From Camelus ferus (Eukaryota), in NCBI RefSeq assembly GCF_009834535.1, contig NC_045697.1:33854001-33918000 (forward strand): a stretch of DNA of 64,000 nucleotides, given 5' to 3'. Below the pieces are notes generated by a model that saw only the letters and a list, made by a program, of their open reading frames with translations, searched no databases and had not been told where the DNA came from. The translations under genes and the position numbers were made by a program. Within the stretch, counting starts at the first letter, position 1, and each line of letters starts with the position of its first letter. Positions 53,789-64,000 of this stretch are shown here, in pieces.

Positions 53789-54773
53789 GTCTGTAGTTTC
53801 TAAAAGTGCAGCTCAGCGATGGATTTTAAAGAAACTAGCACGGCTAACAGCACATCATGCTTAACTCAGAAGTAAGGTAATCATACTTCGTCTTAGGAGA
53901 CCAGCCTAGATGCATTATGACTCTTCTATCATGTCATGAACAACCAGAACACCAAAGCTCCTTGGTTGGCTGTTTTCCTGAGTGATCATTATTTATTCAG
54001 TTCATATCAATATATTTAAATCTAGTAAACATCCACTAGTGTCTATGTGCTAGAGACTGTGGGCCTACCAAGATGAATGAGACATGGGCCACACCCTCAA
54101 AAGCACAGAGCAGGGAGGCAGGTAAGAAGCCAAATCATGACCATAATAAGTAGATGGATAAATGCTGTAGTAGAGAACCTTGCTTGTCAAAGAAGAGTCT
54201 GGACTTCTCTTTTTGGCGGTATGGCAACTATAAGCAATTTTCTTCTGCCAAGCAGATCTTCCCCAGGATGTGAATCAGGAAACACACAAGTGCTGTCCGT
54301 GGTGACTCCACACTGAACTACAGCATCCTTTGCCTTCATATGCAGTTGCAGTGTGGCAAGCTGGCTAGTGTTTTCCACCACTCCCCTGGAAACTGGGGCT
54401 CATGACTGCTGTCCAAAGTGTCCTCTTCAAATATTTCAAATATTAAGGCCACTGATGACACACATACATGCACACGCTTATACCCAAGAAAAGGGGAAAA
54501 GGGGATGGAGAAAGAGAGGAAAAAATGTGCTGTGAGCACAGGAAGGATTTTTATGGACTTGTCTTTCATCTTTTGCAGAAGAAATGAGCATGATGTAGCA
54601 TGTCTATTTATAGATCTCTAAAAATGATCTCTAGTCAGGTAATCCTGCAAAATCAGGGAACGCATACATAACATAATGAATATTTAAATGCAACGGGAAC
54701 TTCAGATCCTCCCGAAACTAAGGTATTTCAGTGGCAACATCAGAAGGGGACTGATTCCAAAAGGATGAGAATT

Positions 54774-54802
54774 GTTACTATGGCAACTCCCAGGCTGACT
54801 CA
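54774..54802. promoter_or_regulatory. Palindromic RFX X-box (GTTACTATGGCAAC) with AP-1 site (TGACTCA) 8 bp downstream
   Basis: Exact fit to GTTRCYATRGYAAC at 54774-54787; TGACTCA at 54796-54802; function untested. Confidence 0.4.
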
Positions 54803-55502
54803 TTCATAGAGAACTCCTTAAACTTGTGACATGAGAGAAATTGCTTGAGGATTTTTAACACTGTACCAAAATACACATTGCTTCATGCAGATGAGAAAAT
54901 ACATCAGCAGAGCCTTTTTTCTCCCCCTCCCTGAGGCTTTCTATGATGTTTTTAGACAAGACCTCTCTTGTCCTTCGGTCTTCCCCATGTTCAGGCTGGA
55001 GAAATGGCTCTGAGGAGTTGGGGAGAATTGAAGGGAACTCAAGCTGCTCTTCAGAAGTAAAATTCTGCATTATGTTTGCAGATACCACTTTAGTGGCCAC
55101 ACCACTTGCTGCTCCTTGATTTCCACTCACATCTGAGCTGGGGATTCAATTGCCAGTAGGCTTCCAAGTTACATGCTTTAAAAACAAATGTGCAAAGACA
55201 GAAGTAAGTTGAAGGGACAGGAAAACACACAGTACCAGAAAGTAAAGATAATAGAACTCTCCCTCTTTCTCTCTCACTCCCTCTTTGCTCCTTTAGTATT
55301 CATGAAAATGTGTTTATAGGCAACACTAAGAGAAATTTCCAGGTTTACATTCCATTTTCATAGTGGAAACAGAGTACAAAAGGAAAATGATCAAATAGGA
55401 AATGACGTAAATGGAGACAGGAACAGATTTTGTAAGACTAAGGAAAATATAGACATTGCTCGTTTAGGCTTTTCAAGAACCCTGAGGGTATATACCCTGG
55501 GC

Positions 55503-55665
55503 GCTGTTTCTCAAATTAAGATCTGAGAATTAATAGCGTAATAATCTCCTTGAAAGCACCTATCAAAAAGTGTAGATTTCAGGACTGTGTGCCTCAGAAT
55601 CATATTCAGCAGTCCAAGCGGTCATGGTGGTAAATATACACATTGAGTGTGAGGATCGTTAATTT
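55503..55665. mobile_element. MER5B-like remnant with MIR-like flanks
   Basis: gctgtttctcaaa...aatctccttgaaagcacctatcaaaaagtgtagatttcagg. Confidence 0.45.
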
Positions 55666-56289
55666 GGACAACCTACTCATTTTACCAGATGTAAGAGCTC
55701 CCTGTCTGAGAATTTGACTTGCCAAAGATTATCCATAGGTCTAAAACCCACTTCCTCAGTGCCTCAGATTCATTCTCATTAGCAACTCAAGTTTTCTAAC
55801 ATAATGTATTAAATTTTTTAATAATATAAAGCTTAGAATGTGACTAAATTAATACCTTTTAAATATCCTTACAATGAATGTATTGGGGTGTGATGCCACA
55901 ATTTAATTAGAAAGTTGATTGGCTGGTAGTAAATTATTCAAGGCAATTGCTTCTTCTGGGTCATTTTTGTTGCTGATGCCTAACTGTGAAACAAGCATGT
56001 CTCCTACCGAGTGGATGAGGCACACTAAAATAAAATAATATAGTTTAAAAAGTGAGTCTCTTCATTTATTCACATCTTGTACTTTACAAGGGAGAACAAT
56101 TTTCTCAGCTAAAGATTGAAAGTTCATTTCCATGGAGTTTATCTACAGATTTTTATACTTAAGACTTCATATTCACAAGTACCCAACCTCACCCTTGAGT
56201 GGTAACAGATCCATTGCCTTGTATTCACACAATGCGAGGGCATTTTGGCCCTTGGCCAGTGGAAGAAGGAAGACTGATATGCCCTAAAC

Positions 56290-56700
56290 TTCTGTCTTAG
56301 GCCCCTCTCTTGCCTCAATCTATAAATTTACTTTGATAACTTCATTTAATCTCATAGCCATAGTGTTGATGAGGACTCATTAATTTGTATCTTTAATATC
56401 TGTACCCTCAATATCTCTACTGAGTTATTTCTTCCATGGCTTTATATCAGCTAATATTTTATCTCTACTTCAAGCACTTTAAGGTAATATCCAACACAAA
56501 TACATCACATTTTCCCTAAATTCTGATACTTCTCTAGTGCTTACTGTTTTTTCTTTATCCCCCATACCCATAGCAACCAGTTTAAATCCATTCTCTTTCC
56601 TTTCAATATTCTTTCTCTGCTCCTCCCATTATACTACCTCTACTTTTTCTGACCGCATTCAGTCTCATAGGTATATTTCATCCCAATTACAAATTTTAAT
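56290..56700 (+). mobile_element. L2 fragment
   Basis: ttctgtcttaggcccctctctt...tcatttaatctcatagc...gttgatgaggactc. Confidence 0.5.
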
Positions 56701-56749
56701 TGTTTTTTTTTTAACTCAGTTGCCTGCCTCAGGATTTTTCCTCAATCTA

Positions 56750-58220
56750 ATCATTTATTGATTCATTAGTTTTGGGGCACCGACTAGACTGCAGACCCTG
56801 TAGGCAGCCCTGGTGAATAACCAGATAGAGATGTCCCCATGGAGCTCACAGTCTAGTGGAGGAAATAGACCGGCACCCAATCAATTTCCTTGTAGAATGA
56901 CGCAGGCTGCGATAAGAAGGGTCTTCAGGAGCAGACAGGAGGGGCCCAACTCAGACTTTCTGGCTCCTGACTAAGGAGGAAGACGTGTCATTAGGCTTCT
57001 GATCTGAGGCCTCTGTCAGTTAGGGACAGCCAGGCAAAGCATCCAGAGAGTAAGAGTGAGTGCGCCAGGCCCAGAAGACTCCATAGCAAGAGGAAACAGC
57101 ATGTGTTTGAGGAACTGAGAGAAGACCAGGTGGTTGGATGATAAAGAGGAAGCAGGTAAGAAGTGTGGCTGGAGAGTGAGGAACAGAGGAGGTGTGTTAT
57201 TTGCACTTAGGGAATTTGTATTTTTTGTGCTTGTAACATTGAGGAGCCATTAAAGTTCGACCTTGGGAGCAACATGATCATAATTGTGATTTAAAAAATT
57301 GAATTTGAAATACCATTTTACCTGTCATACAACAAATGAATTAGAGAAGGGCAAAAAAATAAATAAATATAAGCAAATGACTAGTTAGGAGCCTACTGCA
57401 GTAAATCAGGTGAGAAAAGATAAAGGGCAAACTGGGTCAGAATGATACAGGAAAAAGGGTAGGGGAGGTGGTCGCGAGGATGGCCGTGTCCCAGGTCTCA
57501 GTCAAGTCCCTGGGACATGCCTCACCAAGTGAGGCTCCTTGGCTTCACACAGGAAAGAATTCAAGAACAAGCTGCAGTTGAGTAAAAGTAGATTTATTTA
57601 GAGATGTACACTAGAATGGGGCAAAAGGGTTATTACAGTAAAGGGTAAAGTAAAAAGAGCAACCACGAGGTGCAGTGTTGCTAGTTTTTATACACTAACA
57701 AGTGAGTATTATCCCAACTACTTTGAGGAAGGGGCGGGGATTGCCAGGAATTGGGCCACCACCCTCTTTTGACCTTTCATGCTCAACTTCGGAACTGTTA
57801 TGGTGCTCGTGGGTGTGTCATTCAGCATGCTAGTACATTAAACTGTGTATAATGTGGCTCAGGGTCCACTGGAGCTCCAACCTCCCGCCATCATGGGCCT
57901 CAGGGTCTACTGGGAATTGACTTTTCTGCCACCTTGGTGCTGATTGCTGTGTCATTCTTTTAATGGCTGTGTCCTGCCCCCTTCCCTTCTGTCTCATTAG
58001 CAACTGTAAGCAGAATAAAGAGATATTTTTATAAAATAAAAATCCAGGTTTTATTGATTTATTTTATGTGGACAGTGAGAAAGAGAAGAGTCAAGAATCC
58101 TAGTTTCTGATTTGATCCACAGGGTAGGTGACTGTACTGTTCACTGAGAATAAGGATGGAGGTGGAGGACCAGATTTAAGTGAGGGTGGCCATGATTCTG
58201 CCTTGGGCCATGGATGTTTC
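56750..58220 (-). mobile_element. L2 fragment interrupted by an ERV1 LTR
   Basis: catggagctcacagtctagtggaggaaatagac...gtgtttgaggaactgagagaagaccag...agttaggagcctactgcagtaaatcaggtgaga; resumes after 57996. Confidence 0.8.
57443..57996 (-). mobile_element. Lineage-specific ERV1-class solo LTR
   Basis: Minus strand TGAGACAGAAGGGAAGGGGGCAGG...TATCA; TATAAAAA (57685-57692), AATAAA (57593-57598), 41-bp-period U3 direct repeat; TSD not evident. Confidence 0.85.
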
Positions 58221-58770
58221 CTTCATTCAGCACTCTATCATCTTGGCGCTAAAGGCATAGGCATAAACCATTGTAGCCCCTAACCTCAACCAGTTTATGC
58301 TCACCCATTTCTAGAGTATTGTCATGCACACACAGTCTAAATTAAAAGATCTTTAACCTGTAGATACTTACTGTGTTTGCCTTTCGTCTTACTATCACTT
58401 AGAAATAATTTCTAACAAGGGAAATATAGTTGCAACCATAACTCATGACTAAGGAGGCTTTTATTTAAAATGGTAAAATACTTTGGCAGGATTCTGAATG
58501 TGAAAACCATCCCACCAAAAGAAAATTACTCTACTTTCTGTACTCCTGGAGGATTATTATGGAACAAAAATGTTGCCTTTCCCTTAGCTAACATCTGAAA
58601 AATCATCCAGGGCAGTGATGAACAATCGACTGTGCTGAGCATTCCGTGGGGATGTCAACAGCGCACAGATAAGAGCATGGCAGCCGTGTTCATTACCGTC
58701 AGCAGCTGATGAAGGGGAGTTCATGGATAAAACATCAGAGACGGCTGGGAAGTCTACATTAGAACTGAAT

Positions 58771-58783
58771 GTTAATGATTAAT
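58771..58783 (+). promoter_or_regulatory. Near-consensus HNF1 site GTTAATGATTAAT flanked by GATA sites
   Basis: 12/13 match to GTTAATNATTAAC; AGATAA at 58667 and 58827; function untested. Confidence 0.35.
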
Positions 58784-58896
58784 CGGCATCCCTAAAAAAG
58801 CACGGCAGAAGTCAGCCTTAGGCAAGAGATAAAAGTCTTGTTCTGGGAGGAAAATCTTTTGTGCTTATGATACATGCTTAAGCCGTTGCTTGTTAT

Positions 58897-59014
58897 TGTT
58901 GTTTTTTGGTTTTTTTTTTTTTGATTAACAAGATTGTATTTATTTATTTTATTTATTTTTAATATCTATTTTTATTGAAGTATAGTCAGTTTACAATGTT
59001 GTGTCAATTTCTGA
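58897..59014 (-). mobile_element. Very short camelid-like L1 3' end with composite tail and 10-bp TSD
   Basis: ttattgaagtatagtcagtttacaatgttgtgtcaatttctg identical to the copy at ~19494; TSD tgcttgttat at 58887-58896 and 59015-59024. Confidence 0.9.
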
Positions 59015-59024
59015 TGCTTGTTAT

Positions 59025-59265
59025 GTGGTACAGTGGGAAGAACTAGGAATTTAAAGTCAGACTCAGGTTCAAATTGCAGCTTCAACTTTTTCTAGCAGAG
59101 TCACTTTGAGCATCATCCCCTAAATTCAGAGACTCATCTATAAAAATAGAATATTAATCTCACCTTCATAGAGCTGTTGTGAGGTTTAAACAATGCAACA
59201 TGTAAAAAGCACCTAGTAAAGTGCCAGTCATACAGCTAAACATTCAGTAATAGCTCTTACTATTC
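59025..59265 (+). mobile_element. MIR SINE, near full length
   Basis: gtggtacagtgggaagaac...agtcagactcaggttcaaat...ctcatctataaaaatag...tcatagagctgttgtgagg...aaagcacctagtaaagtgcc. Confidence 0.8.
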
Positions 59266-59582
59266 AGTATTTAGCAGGGAAAAAATTAATAATTTAGTTA
59301 AAAAAAAGAAAATACATATTAGGCATTGCATTATTCTATAATATGCTTTAAGCTACTTGATTTTCCCTATTTATTCAATTATATTTTTTACAATTTTTAG
59401 GACTATTATGTACACTATTCCAGTTCATTATTTCAGTGACCTTATTGACAATTTCCCTGCCCATCACATAGGTAAGGAGATTATCAAACTAGCTGATGAA
59501 TTTGCTTACAGATCCCAGGACTAATGAACAATGAATCTTTAACTAGATTTCAATTTCCTCAGTTCTCTTTTAGCCAAAGACT

Positions 59583-59660
59583 TAGTTGATAGCTCAGATT
59601 GTTTTAGCATGGTGTTAGCCTGGAGGTAATGTTCCTAGTTGGGTCTGGTCTATATTCTTA
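59583..59660 (+). mobile_element. Degenerate tRNA-Ile-like SINE head (MamSINE1-like)
   Basis: tagctcagattgttttagcatggtgtta vs tRNA-Ile tagctcagttggttagagcgtggtgcta; no intact B-box or cloverleaf. Confidence 0.35.
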
Positions 59661-60229
59661 ATGCAAATCTTCTAAGCGATACACGTCTGGTATAGTTCCA
59701 AGGATGGCTGTGAAGCTGTATCAGAGGAAAATCAGTCTTGTTAGAATTATTAGCTTTAGAATTCACAAACCATTCTTTTCTACACTGCCAAAGGAATTCT
59801 TAAAGGTTTTTGGTTTTTGTCATTACATGGTATAAGGTTGTCAAGGTCCTTCTCTGCAGCACCATGTGCCAAGTCACTTTTTAGCCAGAGCCACTCAAGA
59901 TTAGTAGAAGTTTGAACAGATGCTCAATGAGTTTAAGCCACTGAAAGTAGCCAATATGGATATATTTGGAGCTCTTTGGTTCTGTCAGCCTGAATTTAAG
60001 GTCTTAGTTGGTCCTTTTAAGAGTTTAAATTTTGTTCAATATTTAGAAAATGATTGTACCAAACATTTTCTAAATATTGAGTGCCTGTGGTTGCATTTTT
60101 ATTTACTTTAGCAACTTAGTCATATTAAGCTCAAGAGCATGGCATCATACAATGCGAAAGATGCCATAAAACACCAGTACTTTTGGTATTTATATCTCTC
60201 TGTATCTATCTATCTATGAAAGAGAAGAA

Positions 60230-60800
60230 AAGAGATTTATTGCAGCATTACTTTTAAGTTGTAAAAGAACCTGAAACAACTTCAATGACCATTAATAGAG
60301 TAATGATTAATTTCCATGTGGTAGTATATTGTGTAGCCATTAAATGGAATGAGTCGTATCTCTACCCATTGATTCGGAGGAATTTCTGGGCTGTCATTAA
60401 AAATAGAAAGATTCACAGAAGTGAATATAACATAATGCTATTTCTTAAACAATGACAAAAGTTCCAGATTTTGTGTATATATTCCTACATAGTTGCATAA
60501 GTATAAGCAACTAAATAAAAGGTTGCTTCCCAACTTACTAGTTAGTTAGTGAAAGAAAGTAGAATGAAGGGAGAGAGATTGAGAAACAAAAACAAATAGA
60601 CAAACAAATAAACAAATAAATATCAGTGGGAAAAGATAGCAATGCTTATGATAAAAAGTAGCATATATAGAATGACATTATTTATTTTAAAGTAGATAGA
60701 AAAATACATACCAAAATGTTGATGATGATGATCTCTGAATGGAAAATTAAAACAAGCAAACAACAAAAAAAAGATGGTACAGAAAACAGAAGATGGAACA
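60230..60800 (+). mobile_element. Old L1 (L1ME/L1MC-like) 3' fragment
   Basis: tttattgcagcatt...cctgaaacaacttcaatgaccattaatag...gtagccattaaatggaatgag. Confidence 0.7.
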
Positions 60801-63514
60801 AGAGGAGAGTGAACATGATAAAGCTGACATCTGGGCATTTTATCTGCTACCTATTCTATTTTGAGAGTTTCCCAGGGACTCCCCAGAGTTTGTTATGACA
60901 GTCTCTTTAGGATGATAATTGGATGGAAATCCATCTTTCTGTTAGGAGGTCTGAACATAATAAGGTTTCTGAGAGTGTCCTAAGGGTTCCTTCCTGGGAA
61001 AGTAAGTTAAAGCAATAAGAGATATTAGAAATACTTGATTCTTGAGAGAGAGCTATTACTATAGCCCATAACAATCCCTCTTATTCCACCCTATTAGTCT
61101 TAAATTAAGAGTTCCTAAGATCTCATTCTCCGCCAACAAAAACAGTGCCAGACCTAGAATGTTTGCTATTGATTGCTTCCTTTTAAGGTCTATGCACATT
61201 ATGAAATCACAAACCACAAGAGAAAAGTGCCTTCCTGGGCTAGAAAATGAGCACAGATCTTTTTTTTTTTTTTTAAATCGCTTCTAAGTAGTGTGTGTTT
61301 TGATAGAATCTTGGTTTAATTCTGATTCTCATATTCTTTCCCAGTTTAACTTGCTTCATAGCTTGGTTTTTTTGAATTGCCATGCATACCACATGTTGAT
61401 TACCATCCTGGTCATTTATTCATAGTCCAACTCAGGAGTATCAGCCAAAACCACCCCATTCTGGATGTTGCACTAGGTCCTCCATGCGTCTGATTTTATT
61501 TCTGCTCTTATTCAGGTAGTGGGGAAAATGGAAACAGAAATTTTCTATGAATCTCTGGAACTAAGGAACTTTGAAAAAACTTAGTGTGTCATAGATAATT
61601 AATTATGTGATTTTAAATGTGAGTGGTTTATGAATCATTCTCATGATAAATTAATCATCAAGCTAATATTTTATTGATAATTTTGAATATTGACTAACTT
61701 GTAAATGATCTATTTTCTCTGAATAGAGATCTCTTTTTAAAGCTTTAACATAAATAGGCTTGTACTTCCAAAATGACAAGTTATTACTGGAACTATCAAT
61801 GAAATTTCATTTGATATAATTCAAAACATGTCTATTAATACTTTGTGGAAATTAACTATTAATCCATTCCTAAAGAGTAAGTTTTTTTTTTTGAACTCCA
61901 TATGCTTTTATTATCTCTCAGAAACTGCAGCTGCAAAGAAGAAAAGTACCCCAAGTTCTCTGAGTATTTGAGGGAGAAATTTGTGTATTTCATGCAGGGA
62001 GCTGGTTACAAAGGTAACGGAAGGACTGAGAAGCCCACAGAAGACAGTGGGACAGCTTGGAAATAAACAATGCTCAGTCTCACCTCCTGGCCCATGAGTT
62101 CCTTGAGGCTGGGAGGGAAAACACATTACTTGACGTTTTCTCCTCAGCATCTGGCATAATGCAATTCTTTAAATCTAGTAAACAATCATTAAATGTTGGC
62201 AGAATGAATTAGTCATTCTAATACCCAAAGATCTTTTGACTTGGAGGTTTCTAGAAAGCTTTCCCTGTTTCAGGCCTAACCTTTCAATATATCTTACCAT
62301 GGCCACCACTTGAATTGTTTGAGCTTCTGATTATTTAGATTCTGAAATATATGGCCTTTAATCAGTCATTGTATGAAACACAAATTTTATCACGTCTATT
62401 TTAAGGAATTGGATTCATTGTATGGGAAAAAATTTAAAGAAAGGGAATCTTTACAGCTTCTAAAGTAGATATGAGATTACAAATGCTGAAATTCTTAGAT
62501 GGGTACAGTCTGTTTTATATAGTGAGAGCCTCCCGCTGTTCACTGCATTGGAACACAAGTTCACACTCCAGTTGTCATGTCAGTGTCATACACGCCCATG
62601 TGATTTCCTTAGGTGACTCTCACTGATAGGAACCCATAACTCTCAATGTTTTTGTTCACCCACAAGATTGGTTCATTCCAAAATTGTTCAGAGCACAACA
62701 CAAGATTGACAAAAACTCTGAACTATACAGATCGATAAACCAAATGGGGCTATTTAGGATGAGACAAAGGTAAAAGAAGATTATGTTCTCTAAGGCATAG
62801 CACAGGCTACCGTTGGTGAAAGAAAATCAATAATAAATAAGAACATGGGCTTTGGGAAAATGAGAATGCATGTATTTTAAAGATATTGTAACAAAACATG
62901 GCTAAAGGACTAAGCACAATGTATATGTGTATTGATAGTTAACATGATAGCAGATGATGTTAAGATAAAAGATTCTGGAGATACAATGATGAATTTCTGC
63001 TGCAGAATCTACTTAATGGTGACACTGATACATAAAACACATTTAAACAGGAGGTTCCATTAGAAACAGATGTTGTGTGGTTCATTTCAATTACAACCTA
63101 AATTGGTTTATTTATCAGGCGATTTTTCAGTAAACTTTGTTTTCATGAGATGCAGGTTGTGTGGGGTTCTTTTGTTTTGTTTTGCTTTGTTCTCCTATCC
63201 TTGTAAGAAGTACTACCTGTTGCCAGCATCTACATTTAGTCTCATGTTACTTTCTTGATAATTGTCATTGTGTTTGATAGAGAATTGTCTCCATAGAAGT
63301 AAATATGTTCCCCTTCTCTCTCCTTGCTCTCTTAGTTAATAAATAAAATCAAATGTGCCTCCCCCTTTTTTTCCCAGTTATTTAACATCTCTGAGTCTTA
63401 AGATTTCTAATAATACCTCCCATTTTTGAAATCAGGGCTAGATGATTGTTTGAGGTTTTCTTGGGTTTTTAAGATATGTATAATTATTGTTTAATGAGAT
63501 TCTGAAATGGATGT

Positions 63515-64000
63515 TGATCAGCATAAATATTATGACTTTTTTGGTTGGAGGAAATAAAGATGGAACCAACTTAGCACAAGGACAGTGGGACTTGTTGTAA
63601 TAATACAAAGAGGGCTCATAGGAGGTTGAAGTACTGAACATGGCCAGGCCTCACAAGAACTAGAAAGAGGAAGCAGAAAGTCTACGTGAACTTGGTCATT
63701 CACTCTCTCTAACAATGTCAGACTCTCCCCCTTATGGCTATTTTCTGCATCTTTCTCCACTTTCTTTCTTCCTTTGCAGGCTGGCTTCCTCTTTCTATTC
63801 ATAGTCTCTCCTCTCTTATAACCTCGTAATAGCAGTGCAGTGCTAGTTCTGTCATGACCTTTGCACTTGGTCCTACATCTGCTGTCTCAGATCCTTTATC
63901 CAACAGCAAATTTCCGGGAGAGGACTCTGATTGGCACGTCTTTTTTTTTTTTTTTTTTTTTTTTTTTGGACCCAGGCACAGGTTTATCACCTGCCTATGG
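63515..64000 (-). mobile_element. Old MaLR LTR (MLT1L/M/N-like), running off the window end
   Basis: tggccaggcctcacaagaac...aaatttccgggagaggactctgattggc...ctgcctatgg. Confidence 0.55.
63941..63967. repeat. Poly-T run (~27 nt)
   Basis: Seen directly, inside the LTR remnant. Confidence 0.95.

Noticed and set aside
54855..55130. 91-aa minus-strand ORF with natural-looking composition
   Set aside because: Non-ATG start; the central part resembles a degraded MIR/MIR3; no splice context or known domain
62298..62341. 44-nt minus-strand exon candidate (ttcag|...ATG|gtaaga)
   Set aside because: Weak polypyrimidine tract, not frame-preserving, no partner exon
63530..63990. Basic, lysine-rich ORFs
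   Set aside because: Derived from a MaLR LTR remnant and a poly-T run
1..64000. CRISPR arrays, operons, rRNA/tRNA genes, CpG-island promoter, intact retroelement ORFs or a novel multi-gene system
   Set aside because: None seen; the DNA is repeat-rich mammalian non-coding sequence, and the retroelement coding remnants are truncated or stop-interrupted

Overview
AT-rich eutherian (placental mammal) genomic DNA, intronic or intergenic. I found no recognisable protein-coding gene, intact RNA gene or CpG island. The ORFs I checked in the supplied track resolve to repeat remnants or look like chance ORFs. Roughly 40-50% of the window (by eye) is interspersed repeats. Ancient classes include L2, MIR, L3/CR1, L1M/HAL1, MLT1/MLT2/ERVL LTRs and MER5/MER8/MER20/MER45A DNA transposons. 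Younger insertions are two ERV1-type solo LTRs and several 5'-truncated L1s. The younger L1 3' ends are cetartiodactyl-type, and two look camelid-like. I saw no Alu, B1/B2, SINEC, PRE-1 or Bov-A/BovB, so a camelid (alpaca/camel) source is a moderate-confidence inference. I did not find a novel biological system. The best leads are structural and regulatory: a ~93%-identical 75-bp inverted duplication of an old L1 segment, a tiny L1 with a probable 3' transduction, a tailless L1 ORF2 fragment inside an L2, near-consensus RFX X-box and HNF1 sites in unique DNA, and a few low-confidence orphan exon candidates. Repeat family names come from recalled consensus sequences, and old-repeat boundaries are approximate (about +/-30 bp).
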